From the NCBI GenBank assembly GCA_964645295.1, contig CAZXZK010000009.1:786-43803 (forward strand): 43,018 nucleotides of DNA, in the 5' to 3' direction. The stretch is from an uncultured Cytophagales bacterium. Its GTDB lineage: Bacteria; Bacteroidota; Bacteroidia; Cytophagales; Spirosomataceae. The translations under genes were made by a program, and so were the position numbers. Under the pieces are notes generated by a model. The model was not told the origin of the DNA, did no database searches, and was given only the letters and a program-made list of their open reading frames with translations. How positions within the stretch are numbered: position 1 is the stretch's first letter; every line of letters starts with the position of its first letter. This document shows positions 18,407-26,675 of the stretch, piece after piece.

Positions 18407-18902
18407 GTTTTTTTAAATCTGCTTCAATTAAATGTAAATATTCTTTGGCCGCTTCAATAGTGGGTATAGAATAAATTCGGCCTGCCTGATCTCCTAAAAA
18501 AGCAGGAAATAAGGTGTAGAAATGCTTTTTGGTTTTGGCTATTACCGTTTTCTCTTCTTCCCCTTTTCCAAGAATCTTCGTTTTTAAGATTTCTTCTATC
18601 TCCACATTCAAGGTATTGATATTTCCTTCCTGAGTGATCCCTTTGGAAACATAGAGCCTATGAATTTTTTCCTTCGGAATTTCGATCGATTTTCCCAGAT
18701 TACCGTCTTGATAATGAACAATTTTTAATTCTTCTTTACCCAATAAGAAATAGGAGATTTCCGTATCAAAGGCTGATTTATTAAAAATTAAACTTAATTG
18801 TTGAAAGAAGTTTTTTTTCGGGTTTTTAGTGATGGCTATTCCTAGGGGTCCATTAGGTAAGACAGCCTTTAAAAAATTAAATTCTTTGGCAAGGTTTTTC
18901 AT
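18396..18902 (-). CDS. hypothetical soluble protein (168 aa), translationally coupled to the ArsR-family regulator
   Basis: Long ORF with no TM, no Trp and no motif I recognise. Its start shares 1 nt with the upstream stop (TAATG). The call rests only on ORF length, codon style and coupling. Confidence 0.55.
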   Translation of the reverse strand: MKNLAKEFNFLKAVLPNGPLGIAITKNPKKNFFQQLSLIFNKSAFDTEISYFLLGKEELKIVHYQDGNLGKSIEIPKEKIHRLYVSKGITQEGNINTLNVEIEEILKTKILGKGEEEKTVIAKTKKHFYTLFPAFLGDQAGRIYSIPTIEAAKEYLHLIEADLKKLNQ

Positions 18903-19189
18903 TATAGTCGGATTTTAGGCTTTGGAAATTCAAAATGGTATCTAAATGGAACGAACCATTCATTGATTGGTTCAAATCCTTTTCTATTTAAAATATATTC
19001 GATAAACTGTCCTTTTTTTGAGGAAAATACTAAATCGGCTTGTTTGAGGAGGTCCAAATGGTGTGAAATGCTGGGTTTGGTCATATCAAATTGGTTAGCA
19101 ATTTCACCTGCATTTTTAGGACCTGCCAGGAGGTATTCTAAAATAGCCCTTCTGGTAGCATCATTCAGCGCTTTATAGATTGCGTCCAT
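18902..19189 (-). CDS. ArsR/SmtB-family (SdpR-like) winged-helix transcriptional regulator
   Basis: ALNDATRRAILEYL...AGEIANQFDMTKPSISHHLDLLKQADLV is a classic ArsR HTH. There is no metal-binding Cys pair (no ELCVCDL-type motif). The C-terminal ...PINEWF tail resembles SdpR-type autorepressors. Confidence 0.85.
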   Translation of the reverse strand: MDAIYKALNDATRRAILEYLLAGPKNAGEIANQFDMTKPSISHHLDLLKQADLVFSSKKGQFIEYILNRKGFEPINEWFVPFRYHFEFPKPKIRL

Positions 19190-19202
19190 TTTATTTATTA
19201 AA

Positions 19203-19252
19203 TAATTAGACGAATATCTAAATAATTAATCAATTTTCCAAATTTTAGATAT
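19203..19252. promoter_or_regulatory. operator-like inverted and direct repeats upstream of the ArsR-family gene
   Basis: Imperfect palindrome TAATTAGA-cgaata-TCTAAATA (19203-19224). 10-bp direct repeat TAAATAATTA at 19199 and 19219. 9-bp inverted repeat ATATCTAAA (19214-19222) / TTTAGATAT (19244-19252). All lie 10-60 nt upstream of the start at 19189. Confidence 0.3.
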
Positions 19253-20135
19253 CTACCTTTCGGTATGCCTCAATTACGGCCATTTCTCCTTCTTTGCCGG
19301 AACGAGAATTCCCATGTTCCATCCCATAAATTCCTCTAAAACCTTTTTCGTGAAGATGCTTAAAGACATTTGCATAATTAATTTCACCTGTTCCTGGTTC
19401 TTTTCTTCCAGGATTATCTCCAATTTGAATATAGGCAATTTCATCCCAACAGGCATCAATCGTTTTGATCAAATCTCCATCATTTCGTTGCATATGATAA
19501 ATATCATACAAAGTTTTACAAGCAGGACTTCCCACCGCCTTACAGATGGCATAGGATTGATCGGCATGTCTTAAAAATAAATTAGGATTATCCGACAAGG
19601 GTTCCAATACCATCGCCAGACCATGGGGTTCTAATATCTCAGCGCCTTTCTTTAAATTTTCAATAACATTACCCGTTTGTATTCCCATCGACAATTCTCG
19701 TGTATAAACCCCGGGCACTACAGTCATCCATTTCGCATTGACAATCTTGGCAGTTTCTACCGCTTTTTTACAAGCATTTATAAATACATCTGTTCGATCT
19801 TTATCACCCGATGTCATTGTTTTTCCATCAAAAAATTCTGGATATTTGATGACGAATACGCCCATTTCCATTCCTAATTTTTCCATTTTTGCTCCGATAG
19901 CTTTTTGAGTCTCCAAGGGCCTTTCCATCATCTCATTGTCTTCCAAGGCGCGGAAGCCATGTTCATACATAAAGTCTAATTGATCCAATAAATTATTGCC
20001 TGCGGAGTGCTTAAACATGCCGAAATGTGGCGCAAATTTAATATTGAATGGCTTTTCTTCTGGTTTAACTCGGGGTATTTTCGTAGATGCTAATAGGGGT
20101 AGCCCCATCAATGCTGCAAAATTTCTTCTTTTCAT
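19245..20135 (-). CDS. Tat-exported xylose isomerase-like TIM-barrel protein (hydroxypyruvate isomerase / sugar-phosphate isomerase family)
   Basis: Twin-arginine signal MKRRNFAALMGLPLLAS. It carries the FAPHFGMF, LEPL and IQIGDNPGR..PGTGEINY motifs typical of the Hyi-like TIM-barrel family. Confidence 0.8.
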   Translation of the reverse strand: MKRRNFAALMGLPLLASTKIPRVKPEEKPFNIKFAPHFGMFKHSAGNNLLDQLDFMYEHGFRALEDNEMMERPLETQKAIGAKMEKLGMEMGVFVIKYPEFFDGKTMTSGDKDRTDVFINACKKAVETAKIVNAKWMTVVPGVYTRELSMGIQTGNVIENLKKGAEILEPHGLAMVLEPLSDNPNLFLRHADQSYAICKAVGSPACKTLYDIYHMQRNDGDLIKTIDACWDEIAYIQIGDNPGRKEPGTGEINYANVFKHLHEKGFRGIYGMEHGNSRSGKEGEMAVIEAYRKVDI

Positions 20136-20177
20136 AAAGGTTTAGTTTTCTAAAATTTAGGAATTTTTTTTGAATTC

Positions 20178-21137
20178 TTAAAATCGGTATTTTAATAAAG
20201 CGAAAAAACTATAAATTTTCATGATCTTTTTGGGAATCACATAGTCTCTCAATAAATCCCTTGCTTCTCTCTTGGAACATTGTTTTAATTCGATATATTT
20301 TTTCCAAATTTTATAAGCCCCTAAGGTTTTATTTTCATATTGTTTCGAATCTAGAATTTGTCGATAATACCCAGCCAGTGTTTTCCTAATCCTTTCATGG
20401 TATTGAAAATTTAATTCTTGATCAATTCCTTCATACATGGCGATTCGGTTTCTCAAGAATTTCTCATCGAAATAATTATCTGAAAAACTCGTTCCTCTTA
20501 AGTGTTTTCGATAAACCGACATGGTTTTTGGAATATAGCCAAAATTACCTTTTTTGGCTAATAAAATATACTTAGGAATATCTCCGGAAACAGAGGCTAA
20601 AAACCATTCTGGAAATTCCAGGAATTCATGGGTCTTGTAAACCACCGAGCTGGTTGCCATAAACCACACCTCCTTTTCACCAATTAAATCATCTAAACTG
20701 ATTTCTGTTTTTTGTTCAGGCGAATTGACTAAATCAATTTTATCTGAATTAAAATAATGAATCTCAGCATTGTGGAAACAGCCAATGAGTGTTGGATTAT
20801 TTTCCATGAAATCATATTGTATTTGCAATTTATTTTCATCTATCCAATAATCATCCCCATCTAGTGTTGCTATGTATTTTCCTCGGACTTGTTTTAAGGT
20901 CTCTACGGTTATTTTTAATCCATTTTGCCCGAGATTTTTTTCTTGGCGATAATACCGAATTTTATCAGGATATTTTTCTTCGTATTCCCGAATCATCTCA
21001 GAGGTTCCATCCGTGGAACAATCATCGCCTATGACGATCTCGTAGGAAAAATTAACCTTTTGGGCTAATACAGAATCCAGAGTTTGATGAATATACTCTC
21101 GATGATTATACGTAATAATGAAAACGCTTAGATCCAT
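20178..21137 (-). CDS. glycosyltransferase family 2
   Basis: LSVFIITYNHREYI..TLDSVLAQ...EIVIGDDCSTDGT and the DxD motif (LDGDDYW). Uncharacterised C-terminal ~100 aa. Confidence 0.88.
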   Translation of the reverse strand: MDLSVFIITYNHREYIHQTLDSVLAQKVNFSYEIVIGDDCSTDGTSEMIREYEEKYPDKIRYYRQEKNLGQNGLKITVETLKQVRGKYIATLDGDDYWIDENKLQIQYDFMENNPTLIGCFHNAEIHYFNSDKIDLVNSPEQKTEISLDDLIGEKEVWFMATSSVVYKTHEFLEFPEWFLASVSGDIPKYILLAKKGNFGYIPKTMSVYRKHLRGTSFSDNYFDEKFLRNRIAMYEGIDQELNFQYHERIRKTLAGYYRQILDSKQYENKTLGAYKIWKKYIELKQCSKREARDLLRDYVIPKKIMKIYSFFALLKYRF

Positions 21138-21140
21138 GAA

Positions 21141-21962
21141 TTATTCGAAAATTCTCTGTAAATCTTCTTTTTTGGGGAAATCTTTAGAAATTAATGCTAC
21201 TTCTGGTTTATAATTATAGGGCATTGGAAAGCCTCTTAGAATGAAACTTTCCTCTGCCATATTATTGTATCTAAATTGAATGGACCACCGAATATTTTTG
21301 GTAATATTTTCTCCTGATTGATGGACTAAAAAAGCCGAGAAGATCAATAAATCTCCTTTTTCAAATTCAGTTTGGATAAAATTAAAATCAAAATTTGGGT
21401 CAATATAGCCCTCATAGCCATTTCCCTCAGCTGGATATAATCCATTTTTATGGGATCCTGGAACAACCTGTAAAGCCCCCAATTCTTTTTTGCATTCAAC
21501 CAATGGGAACCATAATACCAAGGAATCTAAACTTCCTTGTCCGGTTCTCCAATCTTGATGTGCCCCTAATTTCCAGTGAGTACCTTCTTTAGAAAGATAT
21601 CGACTATTAAATTGAATGGCTGGTTTAACGGCAATATTGGGTTCTTCTAATCCAAGCTCTTTTAGTAGCCCTATAAGTTTTTCATTGACCCCTAATTCAT
21701 GTAGGGTAAAGATATTTTGAATCTGTTTGCCCGTATGAACGACTGTTGGGAAATCCTTTTCAAATAAACGGAACATTTGGTCATCAAAGGCATTGATATC
21801 CTCCAACTCAGGTTTTTCTTGTAATACCCGTTCAATTTGTTTGCCGAATAAATATTTCGATTGGAAGAGGATATCATCTAGTACGGAAGAATCGAAAAAA
21901 TCCTTGATGATTAAATAACCATTCTCCTTAAAATCCTTAATTTGCGTTGAATCCAGCTTCAT
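21141..21962 (-). CDS. phytanoyl-CoA dioxygenase (PhyH) family Fe(II)/2-oxoglutarate dioxygenase
   Basis: N-terminal F.ENGYLIIKDFF, HxD (AHQDW), the distal His (LVHQS) and Arg (IRWSIQFRY). Only 3 nt separate it from the downstream GT2 gene. Confidence 0.85.
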   Translation of the reverse strand: MKLDSTQIKDFKENGYLIIKDFFDSSVLDDILFQSKYLFGKQIERVLQEKPELEDINAFDDQMFRLFEKDFPTVVHTGKQIQNIFTLHELGVNEKLIGLLKELGLEEPNIAVKPAIQFNSRYLSKEGTHWKLGAHQDWRTGQGSLDSLVLWFPLVECKKELGALQVVPGSHKNGLYPAEGNGYEGYIDPNFDFNFIQTEFEKGDLLIFSAFLVHQSGENITKNIRWSIQFRYNNMAEESFILRGFPMPYNYKPEVALISKDFPKKEDLQRIFE

Positions 21963-21993
21963 TCAATGTTTTTTTTACAAATTTATAGGAAAT

Positions 21994-22386
21994 TTATTGT
22001 ATTGGAGAAAAATCAGTCGGATTTAAAAAGATGGATTCTACTTTTTCAACAATTTTTCCATCCAGTTGTGATTTCTCTGATACATCTTTCCATTCAGGGT
22101 CATTCGAGAAAGCTTTCCAAGAAGCATTTCTTGCCTCTAAACTTGGGTAGGCCATAATATAATATAAGGTGTTTGGTTGGTCCGCCGGTGTCCAATAAGC
22201 AATATTTGACATCCCATGTTTTACGAAGATTCGCATGGTATTGTTCTTGAAGCGGTTCAATAAGGCATCCAATCTTCCCTCATAGGTATGATAAATTCTT
22301 AATTCAAATACCCTAGGCTGATCAGTCGAAAAACTGGAAAAATTTAAACCTAGCAAAATAAATAAAAGTAAAATAGATTTTTTCAT
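21994..22386 (-). CDS. NIPSNAP family protein with N-terminal signal peptide
   Basis: Signal MKKSILLLFILLGLNFSSFS, then ELRIYHTYEGRLDALLNRFKNNTMRIFVKHGM..IAYW, typical of the NIPSNAP dimeric alpha-beta barrel. Confidence 0.8.
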   Translation of the reverse strand: MKKSILLLFILLGLNFSSFSTDQPRVFELRIYHTYEGRLDALLNRFKNNTMRIFVKHGMSNIAYWTPADQPNTLYYIMAYPSLEARNASWKAFSNDPEWKDVSEKSQLDGKIVEKVESIFLNPTDFSPIQ

Positions 22387-22424
22387 TGTGTTTTTTTATT
22401 TAAAAATACGCATATTTTTTGCAT

Positions 22425-22456
22425 AAAAAAACCGCCTTGAAGAATTTTCAAGGCGG
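22425..22456 (-). terminator. Rho-independent terminator downstream of the PepSY-like repeat lipoprotein gene
   Basis: On the minus strand it reads CCGCCTTGAA-aattc-TTCAAGGCGG followed by T7, a perfect 10-bp GC-containing stem. It begins 11 nt after the stop at 22468. Confidence 0.8.
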
Positions 22457-22467
22457 TATCACATTCC

Positions 22468-23427
22468 TTATCCTCTTTTTCCTTTTTTCTTCCGATGGCC
22501 AACTCCCCCTTCTTTCGAACTAGAAGGTATAACAGATTCGGATATCAAGTTTCCACTTTCATCAAAATAAATGGAATATTCCTCTGAATTATAGGTAATA
22601 TGTAAGTGATAGTTTGAATTTACTGAGTTTTGAAATCCCCTTTCATAAACAAAACCTTCATAATTAGTCGATAAATAATTTTGGATAATTTCAGGTAAGT
22701 CAGTCAGTGCTAATCCTGAATTTCCTCTTCCAAAACTGCCTGTATTGACCGAAATAAATCCTCCTTCTTGATTAAAGTTTAAAGAATATTCGGTACTATT
22801 CAAGGAAATATGCAGGTGATAGTAGCCATTGGTACTGCTGGAGTCTAACCTTCCTTTTAAATAGGTATAACCCGCATAATTCAAGGATAAATAATCTAAA
22901 ATTGTCTGTGGTAAATCACTTTCTAAAATGGCTACTCCATAATGACCACCTGTCCTAACATAGCTTTCTAATAAATTTCCTGCCTCATCAAAGGAAAGAC
23001 TATATTTTAAACTGGCATAATTGATTTGAAAATGATAATAAAAGTTCGTTCCAGTGGTATCTTTCACTCCTCTTATAAACGTATAACCAGAATAGGTATT
23101 ATTTAGGTAGTCTGTCACCGTACTTGGCAGATCTGCCTGAGTAATCGTTTCAAAATTCCCTTTGATTTTTCCTCGATGGTTCAATACTAAAATGGATTCG
23201 TTTCCATTCGTCAAAACTTTCGCTTCAAATAATTGATTGGATACCAAGGTGGAATAGGAAACTGTCGAATTTGGGTAAATTGAATTGACAGTATTCATTA
23301 CTTCCTGAGGCACATTCTCATTATTTTCTGTTAAAATGTTTGAAATGGTTTCAGATTTTTCTAATTGTGAGCAAGAGCCCAGACCTAGTAATAATCCAAA
23401 TCCTGAAATTAAAAATAATTTTTTCAT
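22468..23427 (-). CDS. lipoprotein with about four tandem PepSY-like (beta-lactamase-inhibitor-like) repeats
   Basis: Lipobox LGLGSC. Modules of ~70 aa repeat the pattern DLP..I.DYL..NY.GY.....G......YYH..I......YSL.F...G.L. Basic C-terminal tail HRKKKGKRG. Confidence 0.7.
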   Translation of the reverse strand: MKKLFLISGFGLLLGLGSCSQLEKSETISNILTENNENVPQEVMNTVNSIYPNSTVSYSTLVSNQLFEAKVLTNGNESILVLNHRGKIKGNFETITQADLPSTVTDYLNNTYSGYTFIRGVKDTTGTNFYYHFQINYASLKYSLSFDEAGNLLESYVRTGGHYGVAILESDLPQTILDYLSLNYAGYTYLKGRLDSSSTNGYYHLHISLNSTEYSLNFNQEGGFISVNTGSFGRGNSGLALTDLPEIIQNYLSTNYEGFVYERGFQNSVNSNYHLHITYNSEEYSIYFDESGNLISESVIPSSSKEGGVGHRKKKGKRG

Positions 23428-23588
23428 GATTTTTGGTTTTAAGTTTTGGATTAAACTTGATATTTGAGGTATTATTGTTTGATATTTGCTTTAAAATTGA
23501 TTAAATCCTGTTTTCGTAGACGAATAGACTTTATTGGGAGATATTTTTTTCACCAGGTAAATAATCTTGTTCCCCCAATAATTTATTG

Positions 23589-23596
23589 TATTTTTG
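23589..23596 (+). promoter_or_regulatory. candidate Bacteroidota -7 box (TATTTTTG), with TTG 19 nt upstream at 23567-23569
   Basis: Exact TAnnTTTG match 16 nt upstream of the lgt ATG, with a consensus-spaced -33 TTG. Motif match only. Confidence 0.3.
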
Positions 23597-23612
23597 AATA
23601 AAAGATTGAAAT

Positions 23613-24434
23613 ATGAATTTACTCTTTATTGATTGGAATCCCGACCCAGAAATTGTTAATTTATTTGGTTTTAGTGTTCGCTACTATGGCCTGATGTTTG
23701 CCATTTCTTTTTTTGCTGGATTTCAAGTTTTGGCCTATATTTTTAGAAAAGAGGGGAGACCTGAGGAACATGCGGATCAATTATTGATGTATGCCATATT
23801 CTCTACGGTCATTGGCGCTCGATTAGGCCATTATTTTTTCTATGAATATCCTTTATTATTGGCTGATCCGATTCGATTTTTTGTTGATATGATAACGCCA
23901 CCTTTTGCTGGATTAGCTTCTCACGGGGCGGCTGTCGGTTTATTTACGGCTTTTTATTTATATCATAGAAAGCATCCGGAAATGTCCTATTTATATGTGG
24001 TGGATAGGGTAGTATTAACGGTTTCTTTAGGGGGCTTCTTTATTCGAATGGGGAATTTGATGAATTCTGAAATTGTTGGAAAACCAACGGATATGCCTTG
24101 GGCATTTAAATTTTACCGCGATACTGAACATATCATGGCGGCAGGGGGCGAGGTTCTTCCTCGGCATCCAAGTCAATTATACGAAGCTTTGTCTTGTTTA
24201 GTTTTGTTCTTATCGTATATTTGGAATAAATATCAAAAGAAACTTCTTCCGGGTTTCACAACTGGTTTATTTTTAATTTGGATTTTTGGGCTTCGTTTTG
24301 TTTATGAATTTTTCAAGGAAAATCAAGTTCCATTTGAAGATGGAATGGCCTTGAATATGGGTCAAATTCTTTCCATTCCCTGTGTTTTAGCTGGAATATT
24401 CCTGTTGTTTCGAAAGTCTAAAATTCAATCATAG
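23613..24434 (+). CDS. lgt: prolipoprotein diacylglyceryl transferase
   Basis: Multi-TM protein with the GARLGH, FIRMGNLMNSE and LPRHPSQLYEAL Lgt signatures. Confidence 0.92.
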   Translation: MNLLFIDWNPDPEIVNLFGFSVRYYGLMFAISFFAGFQVLAYIFRKEGRPEEHADQLLMYAIFSTVIGARLGHYFFYEYPLLLADPIRFFVDMITPPFAGLASHGAAVGLFTAFYLYHRKHPEMSYLYVVDRVVLTVSLGGFFIRMGNLMNSEIVGKPTDMPWAFKFYRDTEHIMAAGGEVLPRHPSQLYEALSCLVLFLSYIWNKYQKKLLPGFTTGLFLIWIFGLRFVYEFFKENQVPFEDGMALNMGQILSIPCVLAGIFLLFRKSKIQS

Positions 24435-25678
24435 GCGAGTTTCCATTTCTTTAAATTGGGAAGAATTTCTTTGGATCGATTTTTTTCCATTTCGTAAAAT
24501 AATTTCCCTAAATCGCGGAAGAATGGATAGCCCTCTTCATCGTACTCGTAATGGTTATTATTGAAGATGGCATCTTCATTTACCATGATGGTAGCAGTAA
24601 GCAGGAATTCAACCTTATTCTCAAAATCAACTAAATACATATTATCGGTTAAGAAACCATAAGCTGCTCCTACCTTATTGAAAATTCGTATATTCGGTTC
24701 AATTTGATCATCTGGAAAGGAGCCGTAGTATAAAAATTTACAATAAGTAGGGAAGTATTTTTCTTTTGGGTAATGTGGGAAAGTGGATTCTTCAGGATAT
24801 TCTGAAAGATATTGGTAGAGAAAAGCTAAATCTTCTTTTCGTAAATTTAAGCGATCTTTTTTGGGGAAGCTCTCTGGAAATAGCAGTTTTTTCAATAATT
24901 CCTGTTGATCTTCCAAGGCAAAACTATTTTTTTCGCTAAAATCAAAAGGCTGGTGGATTAAGGAATCTTTTTGATTCAAATAGCCTTTCCCCAAAAAAAT
25001 AGTTGTCTTAGGGAAATCAAACTGCGAAATTTGTTCTTTCTGAAAATAAATTTCCTTGCCTTTAGGATTGTAAAAGGAGAGGGGATTCGTTATTTTATTT
25101 TCTTCCGTTCCCAGGGGAACTTGTAAACGATGTCTGATAAAGGATTCCTGCATCTCCCATTCTTTTAGGCGTTGATTAAAGGTTTCTTGTCCAATAAATT
25201 CATATAAACGATTGAAGGCGTCATTATCAGAGACCAGTAATATTTTTTTAATATAGTTTTCAATACTGGCTTTTCCATTTTCATTGGAGGGATCTTGGCC
25301 TACCGAAGTTTGCCAATCTCTGTTTTGATGAATCCTTAATTCAGCCTTTCGTGAGATATTCAATTCTTTTAATTTTTCAAGAGCAATAATGGTAGCAGGA
25401 AATTTTACGGTACTGGCAGGATAGAAATATTCCTTTAAGTCTGTTCGGAAGTTATACTTTTTAAAATGAGGATGATTCTTTTTATCTCGGTTAATTTGGG
25501 TAAAAATAATTTGCAGCCTAAATTTCTCCGGATTTGAATAAAATTTCTCAAAATTTTCTGGTTGGGATTTTAAGGCATTTAGAATAAAATTCTCCTGCCC
25601 CTTTAATTGAGTGGTCATGGTAATATTTATCAAAAGGATACCAATAAAATACTTATAATAAATTCGCGCCGATGCCAT
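24425..25678 (-). CDS. serine hydrolase of the beta-lactamase / penicillin-binding fold
   Basis: S-x-x-K (ASTVK), S-D-N (VSDND) and a K-V-G triad (NKVGAAYG) in the correct order, with an N-terminal hydrophobic signal. It overlaps the upstream epimerase gene by 26 nt. Confidence 0.75.
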   Translation of the reverse strand: MASARIYYKYFIGILLINITMTTQLKGQENFILNALKSQPENFEKFYSNPEKFRLQIIFTQINRDKKNHPHFKKYNFRTDLKEYFYPASTVKFPATIIALEKLKELNISRKAELRIHQNRDWQTSVGQDPSNENGKASIENYIKKILLVSDNDAFNRLYEFIGQETFNQRLKEWEMQESFIRHRLQVPLGTEENKITNPLSFYNPKGKEIYFQKEQISQFDFPKTTIFLGKGYLNQKDSLIHQPFDFSEKNSFALEDQQELLKKLLFPESFPKKDRLNLRKEDLAFLYQYLSEYPEESTFPHYPKEKYFPTYCKFLYYGSFPDDQIEPNIRIFNKVGAAYGFLTDNMYLVDFENKVEFLLTATIMVNEDAIFNNNHYEYDEEGYPFFRDLGKLFYEMEKNRSKEILPNLKKWKLAYD

Positions 25679-26666
25679 TGATAGATGAAAAAATTATTTT
25701 TCCTTGATCAATTTTGATTCCCGTTGAAATGGTATCTTTCACTAAAATACATCCATCCACATCCACATAATCTAGTAAGGGCAATAATTGCGCAATGGCA
25801 GAACAACCAATCGTAGACTCCGTCATGCAGCCTACCATCACCTTTAAATTCAATTTCCTGGCCTCGTAAATCATATTGATCGCCGGTGTAATTCCTCCAG
25901 ATTTCATCAATTTAATATTGACGCCATCAAAAACCTCCGCACATTTTTTGATATCCTCTAGGGTCTGGCAAGATTCGTCTGCAATGATTGGTAATTCAGT
26001 CTTGTCTCTTAGTTTTTTCATTCCTTCCCAATCCTCCGGCTTAAGAGGCTGTTCAATAAATTCTACCCCTAAATCTTTTAATATGGGCGTATAGGCAATG
26101 GTCTGCTCCGCCGTCCAAGAAGTATTAGGGTCTACCCGAAATGCCGCATCGGTAATTTTTCTAAGTTCCTCTACAATTTCAAGATCATTTTCCGTACCTA
26201 ATTTTATTTTATATATCGGGAATGGGTTCTCAAGAACCTTTTTCTTCATTTCCTCAATGGTATCAATACCAATGGTATAATTTGTCAGAATCGTTTCATT
26301 TAAAGGCAAATCCCATATTTCTACCAATTTTTTGCCATGCATTTTTCCCCATAAATCCCATAAAGCTACATCCAATGCACAAATCGCAAAATTATTTTTT
26401 CGTTCTATTAATGGATTCATTTTATTCCAAAAATCTTTTGGATGATAAATAATATCTTTCGGTAAATTCTTTTCAATTTCGAATAATTGTTCTTTGATAG
26501 AGTCTACACTAATTTTATAATAGGGCGTGATGGTGGCCTCTCCATATCCTTTAATTCCCTTATATTCCAATTCCACAATCACCGTCTCTTGCTGCGTTCG
26601 AGCATCATGGGATATTTTAAATGGGTAAATCAAAGGTAAAGTAAAGGTATGTATCTTTAATTTCAT
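25653..26666 (-). CDS. dipeptide epimerase (L-Ala-D/L-Glu epimerase type, enolase superfamily)
   Basis: Enolase-superfamily capping and barrel domains: KIKLG (catalytic Lys region), FRVDPN, FIEQP, IIADES and KLMKSGGI...MVGCM.ES, typical of AE epimerases. Confidence 0.85.
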   Translation of the reverse strand: MKLKIHTFTLPLIYPFKISHDARTQQETVIVELEYKGIKGYGEATITPYYKISVDSIKEQLFEIEKNLPKDIIYHPKDFWNKMNPLIERKNNFAICALDVALWDLWGKMHGKKLVEIWDLPLNETILTNYTIGIDTIEEMKKKVLENPFPIYKIKLGTENDLEIVEELRKITDAAFRVDPNTSWTAEQTIAYTPILKDLGVEFIEQPLKPEDWEGMKKLRDKTELPIIADESCQTLEDIKKCAEVFDGVNIKLMKSGGITPAINMIYEARKLNLKVMVGCMTESTIGCSAIAQLLPLLDYVDVDGCILVKDTISTGIKIDQGKIIFSSINGIGANLL

Positions 26667-26675
26667 ATGGCTTAA

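Noticed and set aside
21966-22157. 63-aa plus-strand ORF between the PhyH and NIPSNAP genes
   Set aside because: Most of it is antisense to the NIPSNAP gene, which has clear family motifs and a signal peptide. No support as a real gene.
23428-23612. The largest intergenic region (185 bp), checked for a tRNA, riboswitch or small RNA; it contains the duplicated TTGATATTTG at about 23456 and 23478
   Set aside because: There is no T-loop/GTTCRA-type motif, no extended conserved-looking helices and no terminator. It is most simply a divergent promoter region, and the short AT-rich duplicate falls within chance expectation.
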